A DNA stretch of 64,000 nt from Nemertoderma westbladi (GCA_032718475.1 JAUCBJ010000701.1:1-64000), one strand, 5' to 3'. Positions 12,374 through 25,272 are shown, counted from the stretch's first letter. Notes: generated by a model not told the origin, from the sequence alone. Numbers and translations: made by a program.

Positions 12374-12958
12374 GGTAATGGTGAAAAATATCGAGACTTG
12401 AAAAATATCGAGAGTAAAAATATCGAGAGTAAAAATATGGAGAGTAAAAATATCGAGAGTAAAAATATGGAGAGTAAAAATATCGAGACTTGGAAAATAT
12501 CGAGAGTTAAATATCGAGTGTTGAAAAATATCGAGAGTAAATATATAAGTGATAAATTTTGATAAAAGAGTTGATAAATATTTTTGTTCTAAAACACATT
12601 TTCTAGTTGTAGATCACATTTTTAATTTTTTAAAATAGCTAGTATTTTCTACTTCTTTTTATAAATGTTATAGAACACGTGTAAGCTACCAATGTTGATA
12701 AATATTCTTGTTCTAGAACACTTTTTTTTGTACTAGAACATTTTTATGATTAAGATTATTATACAACCCTTATTATAAAGTTACAAAGTTACAAGTTACT
12801 ATCGATATTTTTACTTTCGATATTTTTCAACACTCAATATTTTTACTCTCGATATTTTTACTCTCTATATTTTTTGAACTCTCGACATTATCGTTATTTT
12901 TCAACACTTGATATTTTTACTCGTGTTATTTTTACTCTCGATATTTTTAAATATAACC
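12374..12958. mobile_element. Mutator-like/foldback MITE with 15-bp subterminal tandem repeats
   Basis: 9-bp TSD GTAGGAAGA (12365-12373, 12959-12967); GG...CC termini; inverted arrays of GAGTAAAAATATCGA. Confidence 0.85.
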
Positions 12959-13447
12959 GTAGGAAGAACATATTGGATGAAATGGATCCCAGAGGTTTGC
13001 ATCAAAATAATGTCTAAAAGTTCATAAATGTGCTAAAACTGCATGAAATTCACGTAATGTAAAGCAGCAGCATTACTATTCGACTCCTAATGTAAGAATT
13101 TATTTTTGCAAGATGGATTAGCAGTTTTTCTGTAGTACACATCCCAACTTTTAAATTATTATTCATTGAATACCAATCTAGCACAAAAGATTAATATTAA
13201 AAATTAATAATAAATTAGAATATATTTATTAAAGTATTTTAGATGTACATCTATCATTATGTATTATGTATCATTATGTGCATCATTATGTATTATGTAT
13301 AACATCAATTAACACTGACCGTGACCACAACAAATAGTTAACAATTAATATTACCACGCACTTGTATTATTTTGCATAAATTGTATGTGGGAACAGCGGT
13401 CCACATAGCATACAGAGCAAATTACACCAAGTTACTTGAATTTTCGA

Positions 13448-13520
13448 AGGTGGGGGTAGCTCAGTTGGCTGAGCGCCGGGCCTGCACTCTATTGATTGTA
13501 GGTTCTACTAGGATCGGCAT
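13448..13520 (+). repeat. Degenerate tRNA-derived SINE head
   Basis: A-box-like TAGCTCAGTTGG..GAGCG and weak B box GGTTCTA; no intact cloverleaf. Confidence 0.35.
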
Positions 13521-13540
13521 GCTGCCTTGCAGCTGCCTTT

Positions 13541-14189
13541 TTAAGAATGCTGTGCCGGCTTGTCGACAAAATTGCGCCACCACAACTCGCTATCACCCAT
13601 GACATTTGCTAGATCATCCGTATCTTCAAGGCCAGTGTCCTTTAAGATGCGTCTCAAGAACGTCATGGGCTGTCCACCATGCTTATTCACTCCATGAGGC
13701 TGCCAAAGTACAAGATTATGCACTGGCTGGTCCTCACGGCGAAAGCAATGTCCTGCAAAGCGGAGGCGATTTTGTTCTAGTGTCAAGCTTGGGGGAACCA
13801 ATGAGACACCTCCAATGTTATATAGTGTCTGGTTGGAGATGTGTGCATTGTACTTGACACAATGAACCCGGCGTAGCATTCTTGTGAATGTGCCATCCAG
13901 AGATTTGGTGTCCTCAGTAGTTAGAGCCCAGCATGGACTCCCATAGAGGAGTACTGGAACTACTGCTGCTCTAAATAATCGGACCTTAAGCTTCCGATTA
14001 ATTCTCGTTGACTTCCAAATCCTGGAAAGCCTATTCAAGGCTGCCCATGCCTTTCCCTTACGTATTCGAAGGTCCTCACCTGACTTCCGGATCCATGATC
14101 CACGGTAACAGAAGTCTTCCACATGCTCAAGCATACCATCCTTTGAGCTTATGCTCATCCGATCAGAGACTTGCTGAGGACTTTCAAAG
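13541..14189 (-). mobile_element. RTE LINE, 3' part (split by LTR insertion)
   Basis: VEDFCY.GS, VLLYGS..WAL, RLRFAGHC.R, LVLWQP motifs. Confidence 0.9.
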
Positions 14190-15981
14190 TGTGACGGGAT
14201 CAGGGGATCCCGACCGGTGTATTAGGTCATGCGTCACCGCGTTGTTGTGAAAGATAATAGTTTGTTGTTGTTATCGGTTAATTGATATAGTATATAAAAT
14301 GTGATAGCACAGTTGACAGGTAATATATGCAGTATAGTATGCTGACCGGTAAATATAATATATATGATGGCGGTGACGGTACGAAATTGTCACCGATCTG
14401 CACTAGATGACTGAGATAACTGAATTGACCGGTAGTATGCAATATAATATATATTGGTTATTCCTACGGTACTTTGGCCTCTCTATCTAGTGGATGCTTT
14501 CTTCGCCCTTATTGGCTAATATACTAATTCTCGGCTCCCACCTCTGTGGGAGTGCTTCCCCCCCGCTGCTGTTACTTTCCCTCTCGAGGCGGTTTGACCT
14601 CTAACCTCTTTTGTGTGTGGCCTTCGGGGCCGTGTGTTGTCCCTGTTATTGGGTGTGATACGAGATTAATTGTGATTAACCTCGTATCCCCAATATTGCT
14701 GAAAAGGCGCCACTGCTCTAACTTTATGGGGTAATGAGGCGGAATTGAATCCGCTCACACCCCCCCCCATGCTATCTTCCCGGTGAGAAGATAGCATCAC
14801 CTTCGAGTTCGCTTCAATTCCGCTGGAACCCGATCTACTATCGGGTGTGGGGTGGAGTTCTCTTACTTGGAGTCGGCTTTCCAGGCCGCTCCCTCTGGGT
14901 ATGATATTACTACCCTCTCTTGGTGCAACTCCAACCTATGTTGCACCAAGACATCTGGCGTCTCTGTTTGAGACAATTGTGGATTTCTCTCACACAATTT
15001 TAAAAACCCTCACTCAAACTCTAACTTCTCACTCTAACTCTCCTCTAACTCCACTCTAACTCCACTCTAACTCCACTCTGAATCGCACTCCCTGTACTCT
15101 CCACTACTCCCAAAGGCGCTAGGTTCTTATGCTATCTACACTGTGCTATCATTCTTACCTACTACTTACTTACTTACTTCTTACTACTTACTTACTTATT
15201 TCTTACTACTAACTCTCTAATTCTAATAACTCTCTAACTCTAACTAGCTCTCTAACTCTACTAACTCTAACTAACTCCTAACTCTCTAACTCCTAACTCT
15301 ACTAACTCTCTGACTCCTCTAAGTCTACTAACTCTCTACCACTACTAACACTCTAAACCTCTCTAACTCTACTAACTCTTCTAAGCCTACTAACTCTCTA
15401 CCTCTACTAACTCTCTAACTACGTGGCGCTTTCGGTGCCCACAACCACTCTGCTACTACCTCTATCTACGTGGCGCTTACGGTGCCCACAACCCCTCTAC
15501 TACTACTTTCTACGTGGCGCTTACGGTGCCTACAACCCCTCTGCTACTACTCGTGGCATGTCAATATACCACACTCCCTATACTCGCCGACTTCTAACCT
15601 AACGGTACTACGTACCCCTCTACTCCCGTGGTATGTCTATATACTACACTCCCTATACCCGCCGACTTCTAACTTAACGGTACCACGTACCTTCCTGCTC
15701 CCGTGGTATGTTTATATACCACACTCCCTATACCCGTCGACTTCTAACTTAACTAACTTCTACCTAACTTTCTAACTAACTTACTTCTACTAACTTTCTA
15801 ACTTCTTACTAACTTTCTTACTAACTTCTACTGACTTCTACTTACTTATTATTTTATTATTTTTATTATTTATTTAATTATTTATATTTCTTTATGTGTG
15901 GGAAGGGCGTCTCGCCCTCATTCCCACCCCCCTCAGTCCAAAATATTGGACGACTAAACTTCATCTAACTTCATCTAAACT

Positions 15982-17313
15982 TCAAGGGCGATTCTTCCAA
16001 CAGGCACTCTCCCACTGCTCCCCTTGTAGGTCCTGTAGGATTCGCCACACTCTCCTCGCCAATTCCAACTCACCAGGAATTGGTTCTCCCTCTTCTGCCA
16101 CCCTAAAATCGGGTCTCTCCGCCGCCTTCTTAACTTCCTGATCTCCTGGCAGCAAAATGCCACCCTTCATCTGGTCTTCGCTTGCCGGTAGAATAAAAAG
16201 AAATCGGAAGAATAGATAAAACAGCACGGACAATAGTAATCCTATCCCTCTCCATCCTGTCTTCTTACTCGACCTCGCCCTTGTCGGTATGCCTCTCAAC
16301 CAGACCGGCGTCTCTTCCAGACACTCCTCTGGACACTCCTCCCGACACTCCTCCGGACACTCCTCCAGACTGTTGTCCTCCGGACATCTCGCCGTCCACT
16401 CCTCTCCATCCCCATACCAATACTTGCTGGGAACATCCTTGTTCCATCCCACTGTCTCTAAGTCTTCCACGTCGAATCCATTCTCCTCCACCCACTCTCT
16501 CGCTGTTACTTCTCCTTCTAGTTTATCTACCATCTCTGGTTTCTCCTCTACGTCTTTAATGGTGCCTGGTAGCATGCACCCTGATGTCTCCGACACCCTG
16601 TGTGGAATCTTGGTTTTAATTGGGCCGCTAAGCGTCCATCCGAATGGCGTGAGAATCGCCGTCGGATCCCGCTGTCTGTCTTTCCCGAAGATCGTCTGTA
16701 ATCTTTCGTGGGCCGTCGGGCAGTCCATACCCACTATGATGGATACCTTCGAGATGTCCACCTCCGGTATTGTAAAATCGATATCATCCAGGAACCGGTA
16801 CTGCTCGACCTCGATGTTAGTTGGTCTCCTGGCATTAATATTTATCGATTCTATAATCTGGATGGGGTCGATGGTCGCCCCATTGTCACACCCCGGTGCT
16901 ATTGCTGATATCTTGCACCGTCCCGTCCTCATCTCCAGGACTTCATCTTTACTCGAGATGGTAGTTACCGCCATCCTACTCGGCCTCGTCTTTAGCCCTA
17001 TCTCTTCGGCCACCCAATTATCCACCAGCGTGAAGGCTGCTCTGCTGTCGACCAGCATTAATGTTGTGACTGATCGACCGCCCTTTCCTGATATCTTCAC
17101 TGGTACTACCCCAAGTAGTACTTTCCTCTTCCTCCTTGCTCCTGTCGTGCTTGTAGCCATTGTTTGGCCTCCAGTCTCGTCATCTCCTATTGCTGTTTCT
17201 CTACACTCTCCGGATCTGTGTCCTTCTACCACACAACGATGACATAGTCCATTTGCGTCTGTGTAGGCTACACGATCTTGTTTGGGCAACGCTTGCCAGT
17301 GCTTACAACTCAT
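15982..17313 (-). CDS. BEL gag zinc knuckles plus aspartic protease (DSG altered to DSR) with an unrelated C-terminal tail
   Basis: CHRCVVEGHRSGEC knuckle; LLGVVPVKI...LVDSRAAFTLV; PTAILTPFGWTLSGP BEL motif; no RT, RNase H or integrase. Confidence 0.8.
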   Translation of the reverse strand: MSCKHWQALPKQDRVAYTDANGLCHRCVVEGHRSGECRETAIGDDETGGQTMATSTTGARRKRKVLLGVVPVKISGKGGRSVTTLMLVDSRAAFTLVDNWVAEEIGLKTRPSRMAVTTISSKDEVLEMRTGRCKISAIAPGCDNGATIDPIQIIESININARRPTNIEVEQYRFLDDIDFTIPEVDISKVSIIVGMDCPTAHERLQTIFGKDRQRDPTAILTPFGWTLSGPIKTKIPHRVSETSGCMLPGTIKDVEEKPEMVDKLEGEVTAREWVEENGFDVEDLETVGWNKDVPSKYWYGDGEEWTARCPEDNSLEECPEECREECPEECLEETPVWLRGIPTRARSSKKTGWRGIGLLLSVLFYLFFRFLFILPASEDQMKGGILLPGDQEVKKAAERPDFRVAEEGEPIPGELELARRVWRILQDLQGEQWESACWKNRP

Positions 17314-18272
17314 GGTCTTATGGGTTCCGTCCCTATGCAGTTGACATTCGAATCCTGGATTGTAGCGTTCCTACGTATCGCGTGTAGGTTTATATCTACT
17401 GATTTAGTGTTTTGGTTATCTGGACTCGGCCTACTGGGTATGTTGGGATTATGTTTATTTGTGTTGTTATTTTCTTTCTGTCCCTGCCATGGTGTGGCCC
17501 TACTCCCAGCTAACTGTGGGCTTGTAGCCCCCTGTGTGGCCGCGTGTGGTAACGACTGTCTTACTCTCGGGAATGGATCTGCAGGATTGTGTTCGGGTTT
17601 AGGCCTGTTGTATTCGGTCTTTGGTGCCTTCCCCAAACTATCCTCACTATAGACTCTTTCTAATAATGCGGTTCCCTCATTCAATTGTCTCTCTAACTCT
17701 TTCTGGTCTAGCGCCGCAATGTCTAGTTGACACTCCTGATTTATCTCCAACACCCTTCTTGCCTTTGCGGAGGATGTAGCGGACTTATTGGTCGCGACGG
17801 ACTCCCGTCGCCTCTCTGTCCTACTAACTTTCCCCCGCTTTCCAGGGTTCTCGCTAACCGACGAGACCGAATCCTCGGAGTTAACCTCGGGTTCGCCCTC
17901 GTGCGGGTCTGCCCAACCCGCTAACTTAATTCCCCTAGCATCCACTAAATACAGCCCTACATACACTATTTGGGGCTCCATAATCTCGGATCGCCACAGT
18001 TCGAATAGTTCGGTGGCGACCCCCCTCGCTCTCTCACTCGCTAGTTCTCCCTGCCCGAAACAAACTAGGTATCTGAAATGTTTATTCGACTCACCTAGTC
18101 GCTGGCTAAACTTCCCCTGGTCTACCTTTGCTCCCTCTCTGGCCTCCTTGAGCTGTTTCTTCGTGGCATTGTAGGCCCGTCGAAGCCGATCGCTGGTTCC
18201 GACGTCCTCGTCACCGACATCTCCTCCTCCTCTCCTGGTTCGGCGTCGTACCGGCGGCCCCACTGTCGCCAT
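17310..18272 (-). CDS. BEL gag N-terminal part, frameshifted relative to the next ORF
   Basis: 320-aa ORF after the 5' LTR; the alternate frame at its end reads CQLHRDGTHKTMSC, the first BEL knuckle. Confidence 0.6.
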   Translation of the reverse strand: MATVGPPVRRRTRRGGGDVGDEDVGTSDRLRRAYNATKKQLKEAREGAKVDQGKFSQRLGESNKHFRYLVCFGQGELASERARGVATELFELWRSEIMEPQIVYVGLYLVDARGIKLAGWADPHEGEPEVNSEDSVSSVSENPGKRGKVSRTERRRESVATNKSATSSAKARRVLEINQECQLDIAALDQKELERQLNEGTALLERVYSEDSLGKAPKTEYNRPKPEHNPADPFPRVRQSLPHAATQGATSPQLAGSRATPWQGQKENNNTNKHNPNIPSRPSPDNQNTKSVDINLHAIRRNATIQDSNVNCIGTEPIRP

Positions 18273-19157
18273 TCCAGTGGACCGTCCGTCGCCCTCGGCC
18301 TGTGGCTGGCCGGCGAATTCGGTACCTCGACCGCCATCGTGCGTTGACTCGTCCCTTCCTCCTGGTAGACGGCCGCCCTCCGCTTGGACTGCCGGATCGT
18401 CTCTCGTCGGCGAATCCGGCGTCGTAGGTCGATACCGTCTCGTCGCGGCCTCACGGATCGTTAGGTTGTTGCTATCGTCCGCGGCGGTGTCCTCTCCCCC
18501 TCTAGATCTCGGGGCTCAGGGGTTCATCTTTAACTTTCCTTCTCGGTGGCTGGCAGTCACAGTTTAGCAGTGTTGGGAATTTCATACTATGACGGGATCA
18601 GGGGATCCCGACCGGTGTATTAGGTCACGCGTCACCGCATTGTTGTGAAAGATAATTGTTTGTTGTTGTTATCGGTTAATTGATATAGTATATAAAATGT
18701 GATAGCACAGTTGGCAGGTAATATATGCAGTATAGTATGCAGACCGGTAAATATAATATATATGATGGCGGTGACGGTACGAAATTGTCACCGATCTGCA
18801 CTAGATGACTGAGATAACTGAATTGACCGGTAGTATGCAATATAATATATATTGGTTATTCCTATGGTACTTTGGCCTCTCTATCTAGCGGATGCTTTCT
18901 TTGCCCTTATTGGCTAATATACTAATTCTCGGCTCCCACCTCTGTGGGAGCGCTTCCCCCCCGCTGCTGTTACTTTCCCTCTCGAGGCGGTTTCACCTCT
19001 AACCTCTTTTGTGTGTGGCCTTCGGGGCCGTGTGTTGTCCCCGTTAGTGGGTGTGATACGAGATTAATTGTGATTAACCTCGTATCCCCAATATTGCTGA
19101 AAAGGCGCCACTGCTCTAACTTTATGGGGTAATGAGGCGGAATTGAATCCGCTCACA

Positions 19158-19590
19158 CAAAGTTAACTGTCAAAATTTTGGTCTTTCTAGAGTTAATAAA
19201 AAGACCAACACTAGAAGCAGCATGTTCTAATGAGCTGAGGAACCATTGGGCTCCCTCTAGTGATTCTGAGAGTACTCCTAAGTCATCAGCAAAGTCTAGA
19301 TCAGTTAGGTACTTGGCAGGATTTTCTCGACTTCTGGAGCCAGTAGGTAGAGTTATCATCACCCCATCATCATTATGATGATCTAAGGACATGCGTAGAA
19401 CATAGTCAACCACAATTATGAACAAGAATGGTGCAAGTGTTTCTCCCTGGAGGATACCCCATAACACTTCAAATGGTTCTGTGTCACCATCAATAATAGA
19501 CACAAATGTTGTCGAACCATCATATACTGATCTGATTGCTGCAATAATTTCATCAGTAATCCAATATAATGAAAGTATGCTGAACATACG
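19158..19590 (-). mobile_element. RTE LINE, RT part (5' half of the element split by the BEL insertion)
   Basis: GILQGETLAPFLFIIVVDYV and DLDFADDL motifs; continues into the 13541-14189 fragment across the TSD. Confidence 0.9.
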
Positions 19591-19629
19591 TGAACGAGAG
19601 ACTGAAGAAAACTGAGAAACTGAGTTGTA

Positions 19630-19780
19630 GGTTCAGCCCCGCCAGGGTCCACTCAGCCTTTCATCCACTGGGGTCGATAAAATGAGTACCACTTAAATAA
19701 CTGGCAGCAAATCTTGGGATAGGAGTAGCGTCCACCCCTACCATCGGGTAGCAGCTATCGCCTACGGCTTCGGCTAACTG
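19630..19780 (+). repeat. SINE fragment with conserved central domain (LF-SINE/MetaSINE-like)
   Basis: GTCCACTCAGCCTTTCATCC..GGGGTCGATAAAATGAGTACC resembles the widely shared animal SINE core. Confidence 0.5.
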
Positions 19781-20899
19781 TTTGTTTGCTTGCACTTGCA
19801 TTATTAATTCTGTTAAATAAGCGCGACACCAAATTAAAACGTATATGTATAATTGCGATGATGAGCATCACGAGTGGCGATTGCCACTCGCTGCTTGTGT
19901 AGGATACATCAACTCTATTATGAATGAAAGGCGTTCAATGGCAGGCAACGAAGATGTAAAGGCGATTATTAGTGGTTGTCATGAGTCAGCCACTAAGATG
20001 TTATTGTTCAAAGAAGTGAACCCATCTCTATCGTGTCCAGCCTATTTGTGGACAGTGTTAATGAGTTGGACAGGATCGCGTGGTCCAATCTTTGAGTGGC
20101 GAGTCTCAACCTCCCTATAGAAAAGATGCAGTGGACGAAAGTTCAGAAGGCCGATAGATTCTGCAAATATGGTGCCAATCGCCAGAGAACCACATAGCCC
20201 TGCGGTGTCCACTACTGGTGGGAGACATTCGGAATAGGTACTTCCCAGGGGGAAAGTTACCCTACGTCGTTAACGGATTTGCTCTCTTATGAGAAATGGT
20301 AGTATCGTTATTTGCGCTTGCCAATAATTTTATTTGATATTTGAACTTGCCTCAAATTAGTTAATTAATAGAGTCTGTTTCTAATTTTAGTTTTAATTGC
20401 AAAATTAAAAAATAAATAAATGTAAATTCATTTTATATTGAATAATTAATATAAATAAATTTAATTTTTAATTGAAATCTATTCTAAAATTGTATCATAT
20501 AATAAAAAAAAATGTGTGTGAAAAAGTATGAAAAAAATTAAGTACATATGACAATATTTATCCAAATCTTTAGCATGCTGTATATTAATGCTTGGTGTTT
20601 TAGTATGCATATAAAATTGACTGCGTTATTTTTCGATCTGGCTAGTGTTTACATTGCGTAGACTTAGTACTTGAAATTTCTTTTTTTACTCAGTTCTATT
20701 GCAATGCATTATTTTTTATTGCTTAATTACAAATATAAATAATGGAAATTAGATACACAAAAAAAATTGTATTTATTTACAAAATAATTAGTAGGTAGTT
20801 AATGTTGCAGTTGTAAAATAGCCCAGGCCAGATAAGGTTAATGTTGGAAAACATGGGAACTTCCACATCCTCTAAAACAATCAGACGTCATTGTCGGAA

Positions 20900-21850
20900 T
20901 TTGCCATGAGAATGGAGGCCTCGCAGCAGACTGGTTGATGTCGAGCAGAGTGTACACCTCGGAGGCACATTAGGCTGGCTTGGAGAAGAGCGAAGCTCAC
21001 TTCTCGACAAACCAGCGGATGCACTCCAAATAAGGTATCTCGCACTTCTCTGACAGGAGGATTCCAAGGCGTTTGATAAACTGGGTCATTGTTGGGGAGA
21101 GTCCACCAAATGCCGAAAAAATCTAAGGAATGAAGGTGGCAAGCTCGATCATATGTACTCGTTCCTCACAGTGGTTGCGTTTGTGAGCCTCGTGGTGTAG
21201 GTGGGCAGACTCGAGTGTCATGGTGGCATTCGATTGAGCCAGGGGATTGAATACTGAGACGTCAAGGAATGTCTTTTGGTAACGAGATCCCAAAAACCCG
21301 AACAGGACATGTCAAGACGAGCCTGTTGGTCAGTGGAGGTGGAGTGATAGCTGAATTGCTCACCAGTGACTGGCTACAAGTGTGGCTCAACAGTGACTGA
21401 CATTGTGAGTTACTTCGGTCAGGGTGGTTGCAAAGAAGTGTGATGGAAGAGAATGGAAGGGCGACAAAGCATGATTGACTGAAAATCGTATCCCACTGGC
21501 ATACGGGGACAAGAAGTTGTGGCTGCGTCGTGCAGGCACAAAGCATCATGGAACTCCTGTTTGTTCAGATGCATGCAGTGTAACGTCACGGGTTGAGAGT
21601 TCAACCAGGACAATGCACTCTTCTCTGAGGTCAGCTCCTGAAGCCGTAGTTGGTTCTGGGGCAGTGTTGTCTTAAGTGCTTCCTGCTTCACTGTTAGCCA
21701 GACTGCTTCCACTGCCTTTATCTGCTTTGTGGCTTCTTCCTGCGCTTTTCTTACATCTGTTGGGTCATCAAATTGGTTGAATGGCTAATGGCTCGCATAA
21801 TGACTGAGAGTTATCAAACTGCATCACCAGGTCGCCTGCGAGTGAAAGTG
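20900..21850 (-). mobile_element. Degraded CRE-clade (restriction-like endonuclease) non-LTR retrotransposon, 3' part
   Basis: SALSWL..P....LNKQEFHDALCL and HEAHKR...ERV...ATFIP.IFSAFGG motifs with stops and frameshifts. Confidence 0.7.
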
Positions 21851-23545
21851 GTCACCAAAGATGCATGGATAATGAGGCCATTGGTAAAAACCCAAAAAAT
21901 ACTTCTTCAACATATCTAAATAAGATATTTTAATACAAAATCATCTTGGTATTGTATGGATGAAGGAATCACATTTTTTTGACATGAAATTTTGAACTGT
22001 TATAACTTTTGGCTTTTGACATTAAAATAGCTAAATAAAATTTATATGAGACATGAATATCCAATAAACTAAAAAGCAATGCTCACTAACCTTTTCCTGT
22101 TTTTAAAAATCTAAAATTAGTGTTGAAATGACCCAAGTCCAGGTAATTAGATTATTTTTTATGTACGAATTTGAACTTCTGCCTTGACTTTAACACCCTT
22201 GTAGCTAAATGAATGGAAGCGGTGTTGCTGCAGGTATAAATCCTGCCTTTAAAATTACTTATTTTACCAATTTTCCCAAAATACTGTATATTTATTGATA
22301 ACAGTTACGGTATCATATTGAATTGTTTCTTACAAATTATTCTTTAGTAAAGGTTCTTACGCCATCTAGTGCTATTACACCTATATTCGATCTAATTTCT
22401 ACTGTAAAGGCCTACTAAACCTCAAATGGAATACGTGATGCTTATTGGCTATGCTCCTTGCCGATACAGCTAGTATATAAGTGTGGTTGTGCTATGATTG
22501 ATTTTACTCTCTTTTTGTTATTGTTTGACAGAAGAAGTTGTACTGCCCATGCAGAGGCTTTGGTCCCCGGTCAAGTTTAATTGACTGGTGGTTATTACAG
22601 GCCTAAGGTCTAAACTTAAAGAGTTAATAATTGAATTATAATTATTCATCACTACATTGTATATTCTAGTGCTTTATTCAATTTATCTTTATTATTTGCT
22701 TAATATATCGCCGATATTACGTAATCAAGGAGGTTTTACACGCGCCACAACAGGTGGGTTGCTGTAACTAAGTATCAGTGATAATCTGGACAATTGTATC
22801 AGATTTGTGTGTTGTCATATCTCTGACTTACTAAATAATTAATATATGGCGATATTTCAGACCATTAATGTAAGCAAAGCTCTCATTATTAATTACATCA
22901 CGATTGAGAGTTGTCACAAATTGAATACTGTAGCGATATCAATATAATTAGACCCAAAGACATTTCCCTAAAGGGAAACACAATCACCAGACTTGAGTTC
23001 TTACAGAATTAATTAGTCACAGTCATTTGCTTGTCATTTGCTTGCTTTGTTGTCACACCCTCCCGGTATAGGATCTCAGTTAAATACAATAGATAATCAA
23101 ATACCGTATTGAACTAAGTGAAATATAGAGCAAATCAATGCATCGAAGGGAAAAAGGGGCAAATAAACAGATACAGTGAGCGGCCCTTGTTGACAGGTAC
23201 ACTAGCGCAATCCCGTTTATTGTATCAGACCGGACATCTTGCCTTCATTTTTGCATGGTTTATTAAGTAACAGAAAAGAGTCAAAATATATGAAATTTGA
23301 GAGAGAAAGAACATAATTTACTAAAAGCGCTAACACCCACCAGTAATTTTCAAATCTATTATATTCCGCGGCTGCTGTGAAAGGTATGAGGATGGAAAAA
23401 TATGCTCACTCGACTTCTTGAGGTCACATGGTCATAAAATTAGGCTCATTCGAACCGAATAATTCTTAAACGTTTAGCATTTTTTATACATGAAGATTCA
23501 AATCTACATGACTCAATAAATCGTCTCTCTCAGGAAGTTCAGACA

Positions 23546-25210
23546 TTGTATAAAGAATATGGAATACAGTGTATCACTAATACAAATATTAAGATACGAA
23601 TCTCGCATACTACTCTAAAGAATTTCAAAATCATATTAGGCATAAAAAAAAGTAACTTTCTGGAAAGTTGTGATTCTCCAATATCATTCAAGGCAGCCTC
23701 ACAACCTAAATGGGTTCTGAAAGAAGATCTAATGTGGAACACTAATCATCAATCAGGAAAAGGCGGTGGCATGACTTCTATTGACATATCTGCATGGAAA
23801 CGCAGTGCAAAAAGAGCTACAGCCAATGCTCACATATAATGATCATATAATAATTTGTCACCTTCTACATCTACAAGTTTCACAGTGTTAGATGATGATG
23901 GTGATGGTGAAGCTTCTACTTCCAATATAACAACACCCATTACTCCCAGCTTAGAGGCAGACTCAGATTATATACCAGAAAAAACCCCATCATCCACCTC
24001 GTCCAATCGATCTTCTAGAAAGATTAACTGGCAACCAGTTTCTGCTGTTATGATTCGTTATGGTATAAGTGCGGAGGGAGGACAGGAGGTTTTCGCAAAA
24101 TATGCCAAACTCACTGATACCGAAGATAAATTTGTTCCCAGTGATAGTACATTATATCGAGCCAGCAAGAAAGTTGCTGATGGTGTTTCAGATCGCTTAA
24201 TTCAACTCAAGCATGACTACAACTTTCTTTTCGCTCATTGTGATGGGAAAGAGCTCTATGAGGTATCACTATATCATGCATCAAATTTAAACAAGTCTAA
24301 ATTTATTTAGTTCCCTCATGACATTGAGAAATTCCCCATTCCACATACTGGGAGAACACTAGGGTCTTACCTGGCAAGATCTTTTAAACCAGATCTAGAA
24401 TCTCAAAAACTGATTGGAATTTGTACCGATACAACTTCTCTAAACTCTGGAATTGGTAAAATAGGACGTTCTATTACGCCTTTGCAGCAGGTTGCGCTAT
24501 TTAACAACCAGATGTTTGTCGTTATGTGTAGAGTGCATAGTAACGAAGCAATCTGTGGTCACATGTTAGAAACTATATCAGCAATGTTCTTTGATACTAA
24601 ACCAGTGATGACAAACGATAAAAGTGGAACTGTTAGATCTATACTTACATTGTGCTTTAATATGCGCCATTTATATGACTGCATTGGTGGCTCAAATCTC
24701 TACAAATATATTGAGGACGATTGTGTAATAAGACGTCCCGATAATTGGCCTCTTGTGGATGATAGCACATTCACCGATCTTTCAGTTTTTAATGACGATC
24801 AGCGATTTATTTATAAGATAGCCTACAAGTTGAGTTGGACTGGTCGAGAGCTCAAAAACTCTGTCCTAAAGGTCGGTGTTCACTGGTTAAATACCCTTGG
24901 AAGTGCACTTCATATAATACTGTTGCATTCACAATTACTTGAATCCTTAATCTTTCAGCACACCAATTGCAGATTCAAGTCAAAGACAGATGAGAACATA
25001 TGTCTAAACACAAAAGCTATGTTGAAAATTAAGAATCTTGACAAATTGGGTGAAATTCTCTGCCAGTATGCTATTGTTCATTTTAGAGCCCATTGGATCA
25101 CTATAACCACCACTGGATGTATCATGATTACTAACACTTTAGAGATATCTCAAATGTTGGCCAATGTTGGTGACAAATTGAAACTCACAAGACTGCACTT
25201 CAAAGTCTAG
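23546..25210 (+). pseudogene. Intron-containing hAT-superfamily (hATm/hATx-like) transposase, degraded
   Basis: HCDGK (first D), a 48-nt GT-AG intron at 24263-24310, GICTDTTSLNSG (second D), CRVHSNE (CxxH); in-frame stops near 23837-23842. Confidence 0.65.
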
Positions 25211-25272
25211 ATTCCCACTGAGCCGTGTGTCAATCAAGCAGCCCTCTCTCTCTCTCTCGCTCCCCCTGTGTG

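Larger units (their letters stand above)
14190..19157 (-). mobile_element. Non-autonomous BEL/Pao LTR retrotransposon (gag + protease only)
   Basis: 570-bp LTRs at 14190-14759 and 18588-19157 (~13 differences by eye); 5-bp TSD CAAAG; G-run PPT at 14760-14768 on minus strand. Confidence 0.95.

Noticed and set aside
15020-15850. CTAA-rich tract resembling TTAGG telomere repeats
   Set aside because: Irregular units inside an LTR element; no true (TTAGG)n array
16289-17242. 317-aa plus-strand ORF
   Set aside because: Antisense shadow of the BEL gag-protease frame with no motifs
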